A DNA stretch of 42,193 bases, from positions 1 to 42,193 of IMG/VR virus record IMGVR_UViG_3300025536_000024; one strand, written 5' to 3'. Below the pieces are notes generated by a model. The model saw only the letters and a list, made by a program, of their open reading frames with translations, was not told the origin of the DNA and did not search any database. The translations under genes were made by a program, and so were the position numbers. This DNA comes from a virus. Positions 21,863 to 29,712 of the stretch are shown here, one piece after another. The stretch's first letter is position 1. Each line of letters begins with the position of its first letter.

Positions 21863-22525
21863 TTATTTGGTGTTGTCAAGTGCTTCCTGGTCTTCTGTTG
21901 TGAAGAACTTGGAGCCTCCTGCACCGCCTCCTGCCGAGTATGCGACCGTGTTCATCGCTACTGCTGCGAATGCTCCGCGAGTACCAGCAACGGTGCTGTG
22001 GTAGTTCGCTACGTTCGCTTGTGACATGCCGAACTTCTGTCCGACCGCCCATGCGTCCTGGTTCGCGCCGAGGAACACGAACGTCCATCCCTTCTTTTCA
22101 AGCTCGCCTGTCTTGGCCTTGAGGTCCTTCTCGGTGTACTCCTTGGAAGAGTTCTCCTCTCCATCAGTCATGATGACGCACAGGACTGGCTGGCCTTTCT
22201 TGGCTACCTTCTCGGTCTCTGTGATGGTCTGCATAGCAGCATCGTAGAGAGCGGTCATGCCGTCAGGTCGGTAGTTCACCTCGGTGAGATTCTCTACAGA
22301 ACTGAGAGGCTCGTTCACATGGCGCTTCTCGACGTTGGTGTCGAAGAGCGTGAACGACATAGCGTACTTCGACTTCTTATCCTTGCGGAGAGTGCCGACG
22401 TACTCATTGAACCCGCTGATGGTAGCCTGACGCACCGAACTCATGCTGCCTGACTTGTCCAGGACGAACGCGACGAGCGTTTCCTTAGACGATGGGCTTT
22501 TTGCTTTCGGGGTGTTCTTTTTCAT
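21863..22525 (-). CDS. von Willebrand factor A (vWA) domain protein (about 220 aa)
   Basis: MIDAS motif DKSGSM, ..MTALYDA.., ..VIMTDGEENSS; start set to ATG 22525 (ctgtATGaaa). Confidence 0.85.
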   Translation of the reverse strand: MKKNTPKAKSPSSKETLVAFVLDKSGSMSSVRQATISGFNEYVGTLRKDKKSKYAMSFTLFDTNVEKRHVNEPLSSVENLTEVNYRPDGMTALYDAAMQTITETEKVAKKGQPVLCVIMTDGEENSSKEYTEKDLKAKTGELEKKGWTFVFLGANQDAWAVGQKFGMSQANVANYHSTVAGTRGAFAAVAMNTVAYSAGGGAGGSKFFTTEDQEALDNTK

Positions 22526-22664
22526 ACAGCTCGGCCTTACGGACCACATCGGCGGCGACTTCGGCTACACTCTTTCCTCCAATACGATTCAGCTTTCGCA
22601 TAGAGAGCTTCTTCGCTGTTTTCGGATAGACTCGCACTCGGTCTGTTGGTTGCTTGGTTGCCAT
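22485..22664 (-). CDS. Small basic protein (59 aa)
   Basis: Start set to ATG 22664 (MATKQPTDRV...); overlaps the vWA start. Confidence 0.5.
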   Translation of the reverse strand: MATKQPTDRVRVYPKTAKKLSMRKLNRIGGKSVAEVAADVVRKAELYEKEHPESKKPIV

Positions 22665-22685
22665 GATGAATCCTTGGTAATGCAC

Positions 22686-22877
22686 TTATGCTATCACGTC
22701 CCGTGGGGACTTATGTCCCTTATCCACACCCTCGTCAAGGGTGCATTCGCACGCCTGCATGTAGTACACCGGCTCACCATCCCCACCTGGGTGGACGACC
22801 TCGTACTCACCTTCGCCATCGCAGACCTCGCAATCGGGGTCTGCGTCGCGCTTGTGCTGCCTAGAAGACATCGACAT
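22686..22877 (-). CDS. Small protein with one DnaJ-type CxxCxGxG zinc-finger motif (63 aa)
   Basis: CEVCDGEG ... CEC; start set to ATG 22877; contains GGGAC-TTAT-GTCCC plus a TTATCCACA box near its 3' end. Confidence 0.5.
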   Translation of the reverse strand: MSMSSRQHKRDADPDCEVCDGEGEYEVVHPGGDGEPVYYMQACECTLDEGVDKGHKSPRDVIA

Positions 22878-23097
22878 GCGGTTTCTTTCTAAGGATGTAG
22901 AAGAAGTTTTTGCGCTGGGACGTATCCTCTGGCACATACTCCTTCCCGAACATCCCGTCTATCTCGTACCCATCCTGACGGAGACCATGGATGATGGCAC
23001 CGAGTCGCAGGATGTAGTTATGGAAGGCCCAGAAGTTGTCCACGGTCCCGTAAACAATGAGTCTGTCGAGTACGCGCTCCCGCTGGGTCTTTTCCAT
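22861..23097 (-). CDS. Hypothetical protein (78 aa)
   Basis: ORF in the operon; no family recognised. Confidence 0.6.
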   Translation of the reverse strand: MEKTQRERVLDRLIVYGTVDNFWAFHNYILRLGAIIHGLRQDGYEIDGMFGKEYVPEDTSQRKNFFYILRKKPHVDVF

Positions 23098-23099
23098 AG

Positions 23100-23312
23100 C
23101 TACAGTACCTTTCCGATGATGCCGTGTACGAGCTGGTCAGAGAGCATGAGCTTCGCGTTGTCACGCGCCTCATACACCTTTGCCACCTCTACGGCTGCTT
23201 CGTTGTCGAACTTCTCGCACCCCTGCTCGTACTGCGTCTCAGCTTCCTGAATGCGGGACTCGATGACCGCCATGACGCGCTTCTTGATGACGTTTGGTTT
23301 GCCGAAGGCCAT
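23100..23312 (-). CDS. Hypothetical helical protein (70 aa)
   Basis: ORF packed 2-3 nt from its neighbours. Confidence 0.6.
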   Translation of the reverse strand: MAFGKPNVIKKRVMAVIESRIQEAETQYEQGCEKFDNEAAVEVAKVYEARDNAKLMLSDQLVHGIIGKVL

Positions 23313-23315
23313 AGG

Positions 23316-23531
23316 CTAATCGTCCTTATCCTGATTCTGGTAATAGCTGACGCACGATGCTGGAACGAGATGTGCGTTGCGAAGAGGAGTGGTTGCGTAC
23401 TGGTCGCACTCACCGCTCTCTGCTGCCTCCTTGTTCTTTGCAGAATTGATGGAGGCGAGAACCACTGAGCTGAGGATAAACGCGATGGCGATTACCACCA
23501 GCAGCTCAATGAGTGTGAAGCCGCGATTCAT
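23316..23531 (-). CDS. Type IV pilin / pseudopilin-like protein with prepilin cleavage-methylation motif (71 aa)
   Basis: MNRG|FTLIELLVVIAIAFIL: Gly-1, Phe+1, Glu+5 class III signal. Confidence 0.85.
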   Translation of the reverse strand: MNRGFTLIELLVVIAIAFILSSVVLASINSAKNKEAAESGECDQYATTPLRNAHLVPASCVSYYQNQDKDD

Positions 23532-23534
23532 AGG

Positions 23535-24347
23535 CTATTTGATGCCTGTGAGGAACGGCACACCTGCTCCTGGAATCATGGTCGTAGGAAGTACCCCGTT
23601 CCACTTCTCCGCGAGCGTAAGACGCACAAGCGCTTCACCGCCCTGAGACTGAAGAGCTGCTGCCTTGATGCGCTGTGCTTCAGCAACACCTTCTGCGGCA
23701 ACGATGGTCTGCTCAGACTCGTACTTCACCTGTTCCAGCTTGTTCTTGGCTGCGAGAGCTTCCTGCTCTGCGGTCACCTTGCGCTCGATGGCAGCGTTGA
23801 ATGATTCAGAGAAATCGAAGTTCGTGACCGATACGTTGTGAACGATGATGTTGTACGGACGGAGACGCTCTGCGAGGGCTGTCTTGATTGCGTCGGTCAC
23901 CTCTGCACGCTTCGTGATGAGTTCGTCAGCCTTGTAGCCAGCCGTAGCTGCCTTCACGACTTCCTGCACTGCTGGGTCGATGACCGTAGGCTTGATGGTG
24001 CTTGCTTCACCAATGCGAGCATAAGTATCTGCGAGCGTTCCTGGGTCGAGCTGGTAGTTTACCGCGATGATTGCGTTCACGGTCTGGAGGTCTGCTGACG
24101 CTGCGGATGCAGTTGTCTCATCCTTCTGAACCTTGAGGTCGTACTTGATGACATCCTCGAAGAACGGCTGCTTGAGGTGCGTACCCTGACCGAGAGTGCG
24201 GCTGATGCCGTTGAGACCTTTCACGACTGCTCCTTCGCCTGGGTCAATCTGGGTGAAGGGGTTAAGGGCGAGAAGCGCGATGATGACGAGGACAACGATG
24301 ATGCCTCCGACAATGAGCTTAAAGCCAGTTGGTACTGATGAATCCAT
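23535..24347 (-). CDS. SPFH/band-7 (prohibitin-like) membrane protein (270 aa)
   Basis: N-terminal TM helix, then a typical SPFH core and an Ala/Glu-rich coiled coil (AIERKVTAEQEALAAKNKLEQ). Confidence 0.85.
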   Translation of the reverse strand: MDSSVPTGFKLIVGGIIVVLVIIALLALNPFTQIDPGEGAVVKGLNGISRTLGQGTHLKQPFFEDVIKYDLKVQKDETTASAASADLQTVNAIIAVNYQLDPGTLADTYARIGEASTIKPTVIDPAVQEVVKAATAGYKADELITKRAEVTDAIKTALAERLRPYNIIVHNVSVTNFDFSESFNAAIERKVTAEQEALAAKNKLEQVKYESEQTIVAAEGVAEAQRIKAAALQSQGGEALVRLTLAEKWNGVLPTTMIPGAGVPFLTGIK

Positions 24348-24350
24348 GAG

Positions 24351-24464
24351 CTACTTGCGGTTACGCCTCTTCTTGAGAAGTGGTGCTACTGCAACATGCA
24401 GGAACACCGCGAACAAGGTGAGGACGATGATAATGGCTGCGATGATGAGGATGCCTTTGACCAT
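24351..24464 (-). CDS. Small transmembrane protein (37 aa; not in the ORF track)
   Basis: MVKGILIIAAIIIVLTLFAVFLHVAVAPLLKKRRNRK; context gcctATGgtc; ends 3 nt before the SPFH start. Confidence 0.45.
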   Translation of the reverse strand: MVKGILIIAAIIIVLTLFAVFLHVAVAPLLKKRRNRK

Positions 24465-24467
24465 AGG

Positions 24468-24755
24468 CTATCCTTCCGTCACTGGTATGCGAGTCATCCC
24501 CTCGTGAGAGGACGGGGTGCGCCTGTGGACTGTGCTGTGTCGTCCAAGACCCTGTGCGCCCTTAAAGAAGCGGTGGCATACCTGACACTCCTTCTTGAAG
24601 TTGTGCTTCTTGTGAGCCTTGCGAGGAGATGGGCCGGTCACTGTGACGACGGCGCTCTTCGCAGAGTTGGTGGCGAAGAAGACGGCAAGCGCTGTGCGCT
24701 CAGACTCGTTTTCCGATACCAAGCTCAGCTCCTTGCCTTGCGTGAGAATCTTCAT
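24468..24755 (-). CDS. Protein with a classical C2H2 zinc finger (95 aa)
   Basis: CQVC-x12-H-x3-H (ECQVCHRFFKGAQGLGRHSTVH, about 24522-24587) preceded by a basic stretch. Confidence 0.7.
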   Translation of the reverse strand: MKILTQGKELSLVSENESERTALAVFFATNSAKSAVVTVTGPSPRKAHKKHNFKKECQVCHRFFKGAQGLGRHSTVHRRTPSSHEGMTRIPVTEG

Positions 24756-24760
24756 GCGTG

Positions 24761-24777
24761 ATTGCTAACTGGATAAT
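24761..24777 (-). promoter_or_regulatory. Conserved leader motif copy 2 (AUUAUCCAGUUAGCAAU), ends 5 nt upstream of the AUG
   Basis: Lies in the 39-nt intercistronic gap, so it more likely acts at the RNA level than as a promoter. Confidence 0.65.
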
Positions 24778-24794
24778 CGAACAGACTAGGACCC

Positions 24795-25418
24795 CTAACC
24801 GGAATCCATAGTCGATTCCTTAATGAGCCTGGTAACGATTTCATCCACCTCTTCGAGCTGCTGACGCTCGTACTCTAGGAGTTCATCCACTTCTGCCTGC
24901 ACGTCCTTGCGATTCACCTCAATGTAGAAGAAGTCCTTGACCAGCACGCGAGGGTCGTAGAAGACGAAGTAGAGGGTCTTCAGTTTGTCATTCACGATGA
25001 AATACTGGAGGACCTGGTACTCGTAATCGCTCGGAATCTTCTGGGTGAGGTACGCCTCGATGTGGCGTGCGGCGCTGAGGCACTTCGCCTCTGCTGCGAT
25101 TGTCTCTCCCTTGAATCCATCCGGTGAGATGGCGATATTGGATGCGTCGTCGCGCTCCCAGATGACCAGACTCGTGTCGAGCTTGATTCCGGTCTCCTCA
25201 ACGAAGCGAGCGAGGGCTTCCTCTTCGAGACGTGTGCCACGGTCCATAGGGCGCTCTGCATCTCCTTCGATACCGATGCGCTCAGCGATGAGTTCGTAGA
25301 ACCCTATCTTCTTGCCGGTGCCGCGCTTGATAACGATGTCCTTGAGGCGTGAGCCGGTAATCTTGCCGCGCCGTGCGAGCAACCAGTCCTCTCGTGTCTC
25401 GTATTTGGTGGTCTTCAT
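24795..25418 (-). CDS. YqaJ-like (lambda Exo family) recombination exonuclease (207 aa)
   Basis: TREDWLLARRGKITGSRLKDIV N-terminus and a PD-(D/E)xK-like ISPDG..AEAKC. Confidence 0.8.
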   Translation of the reverse strand: MKTTKYETREDWLLARRGKITGSRLKDIVIKRGTGKKIGFYELIAERIGIEGDAERPMDRGTRLEEEALARFVEETGIKLDTSLVIWERDDASNIAISPDGFKGETIAAEAKCLSAARHIEAYLTQKIPSDYEYQVLQYFIVNDKLKTLYFVFYDPRVLVKDFFYIEVNRKDVQAEVDELLEYERQQLEEVDEIVTRLIKESTMDSG

Positions 25419-25419
25419 A

Positions 25420-26259
25420 CTAGCTGATGGTTCCTCCTGCTTCCTGAAGGTCCTGAATCTTCACGCTCAGGCGAGCGATAATCTCCTCGAAGTTCTCTGG
25501 AACCATGTCGAGACCGGAGAGGCTGAGTACGAGAGTGTCTGCCTGTGCCTTGGTCATACCTCCGACATTGTGACCGAGCTTGAGGAGCTGTGCGCCGATG
25601 GTGCGTTTCTGACGGTCAGGGGAGTTCGCTCCTGCCTGTGATTCCTCTCCCTTTGGAGGACCGTCAGTGTCTTCGTCTCCCGTGAGGATGCCGAATGCGT
25701 TACAGAATGCGTAGCGCTTGGCGAACGTCGATGCTGCTGCCACCACCTGTGACTCGGACATGACGTTGGTTTTGCTGCCGAGAGGGACCTCCATAGAACT
25801 TTCCTCAGAGTGACCTGCTGAGTGAATGGCTCGCACGGTCACCATCACACCTGCGTCGGTGAGTTTCATAGCGCTTGAGTAGCTGAATCCATGCTTCTGC
25901 ATGAACGGCTTGACCTGCTTCACGATGGAGTCGATTGGTGCGAACGAGTATGCGGTAGCGCCTGAGTTCGTCTTCACCTGCTTCGTCTTCTCGATGGTAG
26001 GAATCTCAGTCTGAAACGCGCTCATGGCGAGGTCGAACTGCTCCTTCGCCGCTTCAGCCTTCAGCTCGCGGCGCATGGCGAGGAGTCGCTCCATCGTCTC
26101 GATGGAGACTCCGCTCTGCACCGCGTTGTTGAGAAGGGCCTCGATAGAGACAGCTTCCTGTCTCGGCGCTTCTACTACGGCAGTCTCTTCGTGAGGAGTC
26201 ACTGCGACTACCTGCGGCTTCTTGGGTCCTGTTGGACCAGTTGCTCCTTTGCCTGCCAT
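25420..26259 (-). CDS. Erf-like single-strand annealing protein (279 aa)
   Basis: AYSFAPIDSIVKQVKPFMQKHGFSYS..VTVRAIHSAGHSE pattern; adjacent to the exonuclease. Confidence 0.65.
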   Translation of the reverse strand: MAGKGATGPTGPKKPQVVAVTPHEETAVVEAPRQEAVSIEALLNNAVQSGVSIETMERLLAMRRELKAEAAKEQFDLAMSAFQTEIPTIEKTKQVKTNSGATAYSFAPIDSIVKQVKPFMQKHGFSYSSAMKLTDAGVMVTVRAIHSAGHSEESSMEVPLGSKTNVMSESQVVAAASTFAKRYAFCNAFGILTGDEDTDGPPKGEESQAGANSPDRQKRTIGAQLLKLGHNVGGMTKAQADTLVLSLSGLDMVPENFEEIIARLSVKIQDLQEAGGTIS

Positions 26260-26397
26260 AAATTATTTGGTTGCCTGATAGAAATCCCAGGCACTTACGA
26301 CCGTGACGTAGACCGTGAGAACAGCGAACGGTGCGAACGGGCTTGTGAAGAAATCCATAGGAAATGTTTTTGCATCTAGTAATTGGGTGACCACAGA

Positions 26398-26486
26398 CAC
26401 CTGTGTTCCGAGAACGACGCATGGTTCGGACGTATCCGAGTGTACCTATGGTCATTGGCACACACATCACTCTCGGAACACAGGTG
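26398..26486. repeat. 16-bp perfect inverted repeat separated by 57 nt
   Basis: cacctgtgttccgaga (26398-26413) and tctcggaacacaggtg (26471-26486). Confidence 0.9.
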
Positions 26487-26521
26487 GGGAACTCGCTGAC
26501 GAGCATCCGAGCAAGACTCTC

Positions 26522-26559
26522 TCTTCAGAGGGTGGAACCTCCAAGGTTCCCTCTGAAGA
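26522..26559. other. Strong hairpin (11 bp + 5 bp) in the divergent control region
   Basis: tcttcagaggg pairs with ccctctgaaga; inner aacct pairs with aggtt; no U tract on either strand. Confidence 0.8.
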
Positions 26560-26634
26560 ACGAATCAAACAAAGCTGCCGTTGTCTGTTCCTTGAGAGAA
26601 GTATGTTGCAACTCCTCATCACCTGTCTTCCTGG

Positions 26635-26681
26635 AGTATAGGGACAAAGGGGACACTCTGCAATCCCCAGGCTGGGGATAA
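26635..26681 (-). promoter_or_regulatory. Leftward sigma70-like promoter with upstream TTATCCCCA box
   Basis: Minus strand reads TTATCCCCA-9 nt-TTGCAG-17 nt-TATACT; predicted start near 26628, giving a leader of about 370 nt before the Erf gene. Confidence 0.55.
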
Positions 26682-26732
26682 CTATTGGGACACTTGTCCA
26701 CAGGTTGCTCGTAGGAGATTTGCCAGGGGTGG

Positions 26733-26741
26733 TGATATATT
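26733..26741 (+). promoter_or_regulatory. Extended -10 promoter candidate (TGaTATATT) for the rightward early operon
   Basis: -10 ends 9 nt before ATG 26751, implying a very short leader. Confidence 0.4.
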
Positions 26742-26750
26742 TCCCTTTAC

Positions 26751-27506
26751 ATGGCACAAAAGAGAATGCTCGATAAGAAGATTAGCGTCTCAGAGCAGGT
26801 TTCCAACCTGAGTCCCGAAAGCCAGCTTATTTTCACATGGGGTATACCGCACGCCGATGACGTTGGCCTCATCCCCCGCTCCCACAAGACACTGAAAGCC
26901 ACTATCGTACCGATGTGGGAATGCACCTTGGCCCAGTTCGATGAATGGGTTGCAGCAATCGTTAAGGAGGGTCTATGGAAGGAGGTGGAATACAAGGATG
27001 ACAGGTTCTACATCATGACCAAGTTTCAGGAACACCAGACATTGAAGAAGGACCGACAGCCACAGACCTTCCTGAGTATCACTTTGGACAAGGACCCGAA
27101 GGTTTCCTGGGAGGTTCTTTCGGAGGTTTTGGAATCACTTGGTTTCCATCTGGAAGACAGTGGGTTCCATCTGGAGTCTGAAGAGAAGAGAAGTGAAGAG
27201 AAGAGAAGTAAGAGAAGAGAAGAGAAGACATCACCGCAGAACGGTGATGAGACCCTCTTCCCAGAGTTTTGGACAGCATATCCGAGGAAGGTGGGTAAAA
27301 AAGACGCGCAACGTGCATGGATGAAGGCGATGAAGACTGGAGTGACGTTCAAGACCATCATTGAAAGCCTTGAAAAGTGGAAGGTGTCAAACCAGTGGAC
27401 CAAGGACAATGGCGAGTTCATTCCGCACGCCTCCACCTGGCTGAACAAGGAACGCTGGAATGACGAAGTGAAGAGCGCTGTTACAAGCAAGACCGATAAG
27501 TTTTAA
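26751..27506 (+). CDS. Putative replication initiation/organiser protein (251 aa)
   Basis: First gene of the rightward operon; C-terminal FWTAYPRKVGKKDAQRAW motif common in prophage replication proteins; internal DNA repeats. Confidence 0.5.
   Translation: MAQKRMLDKKISVSEQVSNLSPESQLIFTWGIPHADDVGLIPRSHKTLKATIVPMWECTLAQFDEWVAAIVKEGLWKEVEYKDDRFYIMTKFQEHQTLKKDRQPQTFLSITLDKDPKVSWEVLSEVLESLGFHLEDSGFHLESEEKRSEEKRSKRREEKTSPQNGDETLFPEFWTAYPRKVGKKDAQRAWMKAMKTGVTFKTIIESLEKWKVSNQWTKDNGEFIPHASTWLNKERWNDEVKSAVTSKTDKF
27141..27237. repeat. Direct repeats 21 bp apart plus a 57-bp polypurine tract (candidate origin inside the replication gene)
   Basis: ggtttccatctgga (27141-27154) and gggttccatctgga (27162-27175); aagagaagagaagt repeated; 27181-27237 is almost all purine. 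Confidence 0.6.
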
Positions 27507-27509
27507 CCT

Positions 27510-28061
27510 ATGGCACTCATCAAAATCCGTGGACGACTCGAAGCCATCACTGTCGATGACGCGCGAGCGCAGAAAATCAAGGAACGAAAGTTCGGCGTGG
27601 AAGGCCGTGTCGAGAAGGCTCTCCCGAACGAACTCATCGACCTCGGTGAGTGGGCGGGTGAGTACGGTCGCATCGTTGAGATTGAACTCTCCTCGAAAAA
27701 GGATGAGGTGGACCGTAACGCGGAAGACCGCAAGCGCGAGGAGGCAGAGATTCGTCGCAAGGAGCAGTTGTTCCTGGCTCTCCCGCCAGAGCAGAAGGCG
27801 AAGACGTGCGTGTTCTTCGAGGTCGCGTACTGCACGCGCCGTCTGAATCAGATTAAGTGCGACATCCCCGCAGAGGACGCGAAGCGTGCATACGACATCC
27901 GTGTCGAGTGGTTCAAGAACAATCCGAAGTCGTCTCGCTGCCCCACCTCCGAGTACCCCGCTGACCTTGTGCCGAAGAAGGGTCGCGGCGCTGCAAGCAT
28001 GGTCGCTGACAAGATGCGCGTGACTCACCGACCCGAAGAGAATATCGCCTACCCCGTATGA
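27510..28061 (+). CDS. Hypothetical protein (183 aa)
   Basis: ORF, context aacctATGgca. Confidence 0.7.
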   Translation: MALIKIRGRLEAITVDDARAQKIKERKFGVEGRVEKALPNELIDLGEWAGEYGRIVEIELSSKKDEVDRNAEDRKREEAEIRRKEQLFLALPPEQKAKTCVFFEVAYCTRRLNQIKCDIPAEDAKRAYDIRVEWFKNNPKSSRCPTSEYPADLVPKKGRGAASMVADKMRVTHRPEENIAYPV

Positions 28062-28195
28062 TTACCCTCATCACGAACCTTCTCATCTACGCGGGAGTGC
28101 TGACCGTATGCTGCGGTGCGCGTAAGGTGTACCGATTCGGATGGTCGTTCAAGCATGACGGTTACGTCTGCAACGTGTGTGAAGAACCTGTATGA
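28058..28195 (+). CDS. Small membrane/Cys-containing protein (45 aa; not in the ORF track)
   Basis: ATGA overlaps at both ends; MITLITNLLIYAGVLTVCC... Confidence 0.45.
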   Translation: MITLITNLLIYAGVLTVCCGARKVYRFGWSFKHDGYVCNVCEEPV

Positions 28196-28575
28196 AAGAA
28201 ATCGTAATCGCTTTTGACATCGACGGGACGCTCCTCAACAACGAGGGGATTCCACCAGATTCGCCGGTACACCTGCGCCCAAAGTGTGGAGTGAACATTG
28301 ACGCAGTGCTGCTCATGCAGCTCCTTGCGAAGCAGAAGAACACCAAGGTCATCGTATGGTCCGGTGGAGGCCGTGACTACGCAGAGCAGATTTGCCGCAC
28401 CTATGGATTCGACAAGTATGTTCACCGCGCATACGGGAAGCCGGTCGGAACACCGCACGCATTCCAGGAGCTTGGAGCCTACGACTACGAGACCGATGGT
28501 CCGGTCGATATTGCCTTCGATGACATTCACACCTGCACGCTCGCAGACAAGAACATCATAGTCAAAATGAAATGA
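28192..28575 (+). CDS. HAD-superfamily phosphatase (127 aa)
   Basis: Motif I FDIDGTL; later VWSGG and a distal acidic FDD. Confidence 0.75.
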   Translation: MKEIVIAFDIDGTLLNNEGIPPDSPVHLRPKCGVNIDAVLLMQLLAKQKNTKVIVWSGGGRDYAEQICRTYGFDKYVHRAYGKPVGTPHAFQELGAYDYETDGPVDIAFDDIHTCTLADKNIIVKMK

Positions 28576-28859
28576 GCTACGAAACCCTACTCGCAAACGC
28601 GCCTGACCAGACCACGGACGACTTCCTGGTGTACCTCCGCACGAACAACAAAATCGTGTATGAGGATAAGAACTGGCTCGTTATCGAGAACTGCAAGTAC
28701 AACACTCCTGAGCGTCCGTGGCACACCGCATTCCACAAGCACGGGGTCATGAGTTTCAAGAGTCTCATCACGCGGTACTGGACCTGGGAGTGGCTGAAGA
28801 AGGCCAAGGAGAGTCAGACGGTCCCTAACCGATTCCACATTCACTTTTACCGAGTATAG
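28572..28859 (+). CDS. Hypothetical protein, possibly HIT-like (95 aa)
   Basis: C-terminal RFHIHFY resembles a partial histidine triad; weak. Confidence 0.55.
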   Translation: MSYETLLANAPDQTTDDFLVYLRTNNKIVYEDKNWLVIENCKYNTPERPWHTAFHKHGVMSFKSLITRYWTWEWLKKAKESQTVPNRFHIHFYRV

Positions 28860-28863
28860 AGCT

Positions 28864-29346
28864 ATGACACGAGCATTCGTAACAGGAGGGGAGTTCAGAT
28901 TTGGGTCGCCACTGGCGAAGCAGCGATTCATGAAGCTCGCGGACGGCCATGAGGTCAAGCTCGACATCATGAGGAAGCCAACCGACGAGATGCGGAAGTA
29001 TTTTGAGGGATGCCTGGTCCCCGCTTTTTACTACATGCACCCGAAGTCAGGGTGGAAGGATTTTAAGGATGCACGGGAGGTACTCAAGCTAGAGTTCGCT
29101 CCTGGAGTGCGAGAATTGACCGATATGGAGGGGAACACGGTCAAAGTGGCTCCGAGTACCACTGAGCTGTCCAAGCAGCGCTTCAGCGCCCTTGTAGAGG
29201 CAATCACGGATTGGATGCGGGAGAATGGGGTGAACGAGGCCGTTCTGGACTCTGAGGAGTACAAACGATGGCGTGATACCAACTTCACGGACCCCTACTA
29301 CCCTCCCCTCAAGCGTCTCAAGGACCAGTACGAAGCGGCCCTGTAA
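28864..29346 (+). CDS. NinB/Orf-like recombination mediator candidate (160 aa)
   Basis: APSTTELSKQRFSALVEAITDWMRENGV resembles the NinB STSxM..EF..L.E.I..F..E.GV segment. Confidence 0.5.
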   Translation: MTRAFVTGGEFRFGSPLAKQRFMKLADGHEVKLDIMRKPTDEMRKYFEGCLVPAFYYMHPKSGWKDFKDAREVLKLEFAPGVRELTDMEGNTVKVAPSTTELSKQRFSALVEAITDWMRENGVNEAVLDSEEYKRWRDTNFTDPYYPPLKRLKDQYEAAL

Positions 29347-29347
29347 T

Positions 29348-29379
29348 GAAGAGCGCCTAGCCGAAGCCAGACGCTCTTC
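29348..29379 (+). terminator. Hairpin after the rightward early operon
   Basis: gaagagcg pairs with cgctcttc (8 bp), 16-nt loop, weak T tract. Confidence 0.4.
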
Positions 29380-29504
29380 ATTCTGCCGAGGAGGTCCTAG
29401 GAAACCCATCCCCAGGTTCAGCAGCTTATTTACGTTGCTGCTAGGAACGCTTGAGCCGCACCAGGCGACATGCGTGGGACTATAGTCCCTTTTGTCTGAA
29501 GTTT

Positions 29505-29708
29505 TTATGAATCTATTTCGTAGTGGTCGTCTACCAGCTTCACTGGTGTGCTTGCGCCGAGATGCACAGGATGACCACCCTCGGTGATAATGAGTGAATA
29601 CATCCCGTCGATGTGCTTGAAGGTACATATCTCGTCACGCTGCTCGCGTCCTTCGCCTCCGATAGAGAGCTTAATCTTCGAGTCGCGTGGAATGTCGTAG
29701 AGTCGCAT
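29505..29708 (-). CDS. Hypothetical protein (67 aa)
   Basis: Start set to ATG 29708 (MRLYDIPRD...). Confidence 0.5.
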   Translation of the reverse strand: MRLYDIPRDSKIKLSIGGEGREQRDEICTFKHIDGMYSLIITEGGHPVHLGASTPVKLVDDHYEIDS

Positions 29709-29712
29709 AGGA

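Noticed and set aside
26635-26646. TATAGGGAC strings (also near 18337 and 31046) that resemble T7-type single-subunit RNA polymerase promoters
   Set aside because: No phage RNA polymerase gene is present. The strings are better explained as -10 elements and GGGAC palindrome arms of host-type promoters.
26054-26757. Listed ORFs (150, 108, 92 and 96 aa) in the divergent intergenic region
   Set aside because: They overlap one another on both strands, have poor compositions and no start context. The region is dominated by long inverted repeats and promoter-like elements.
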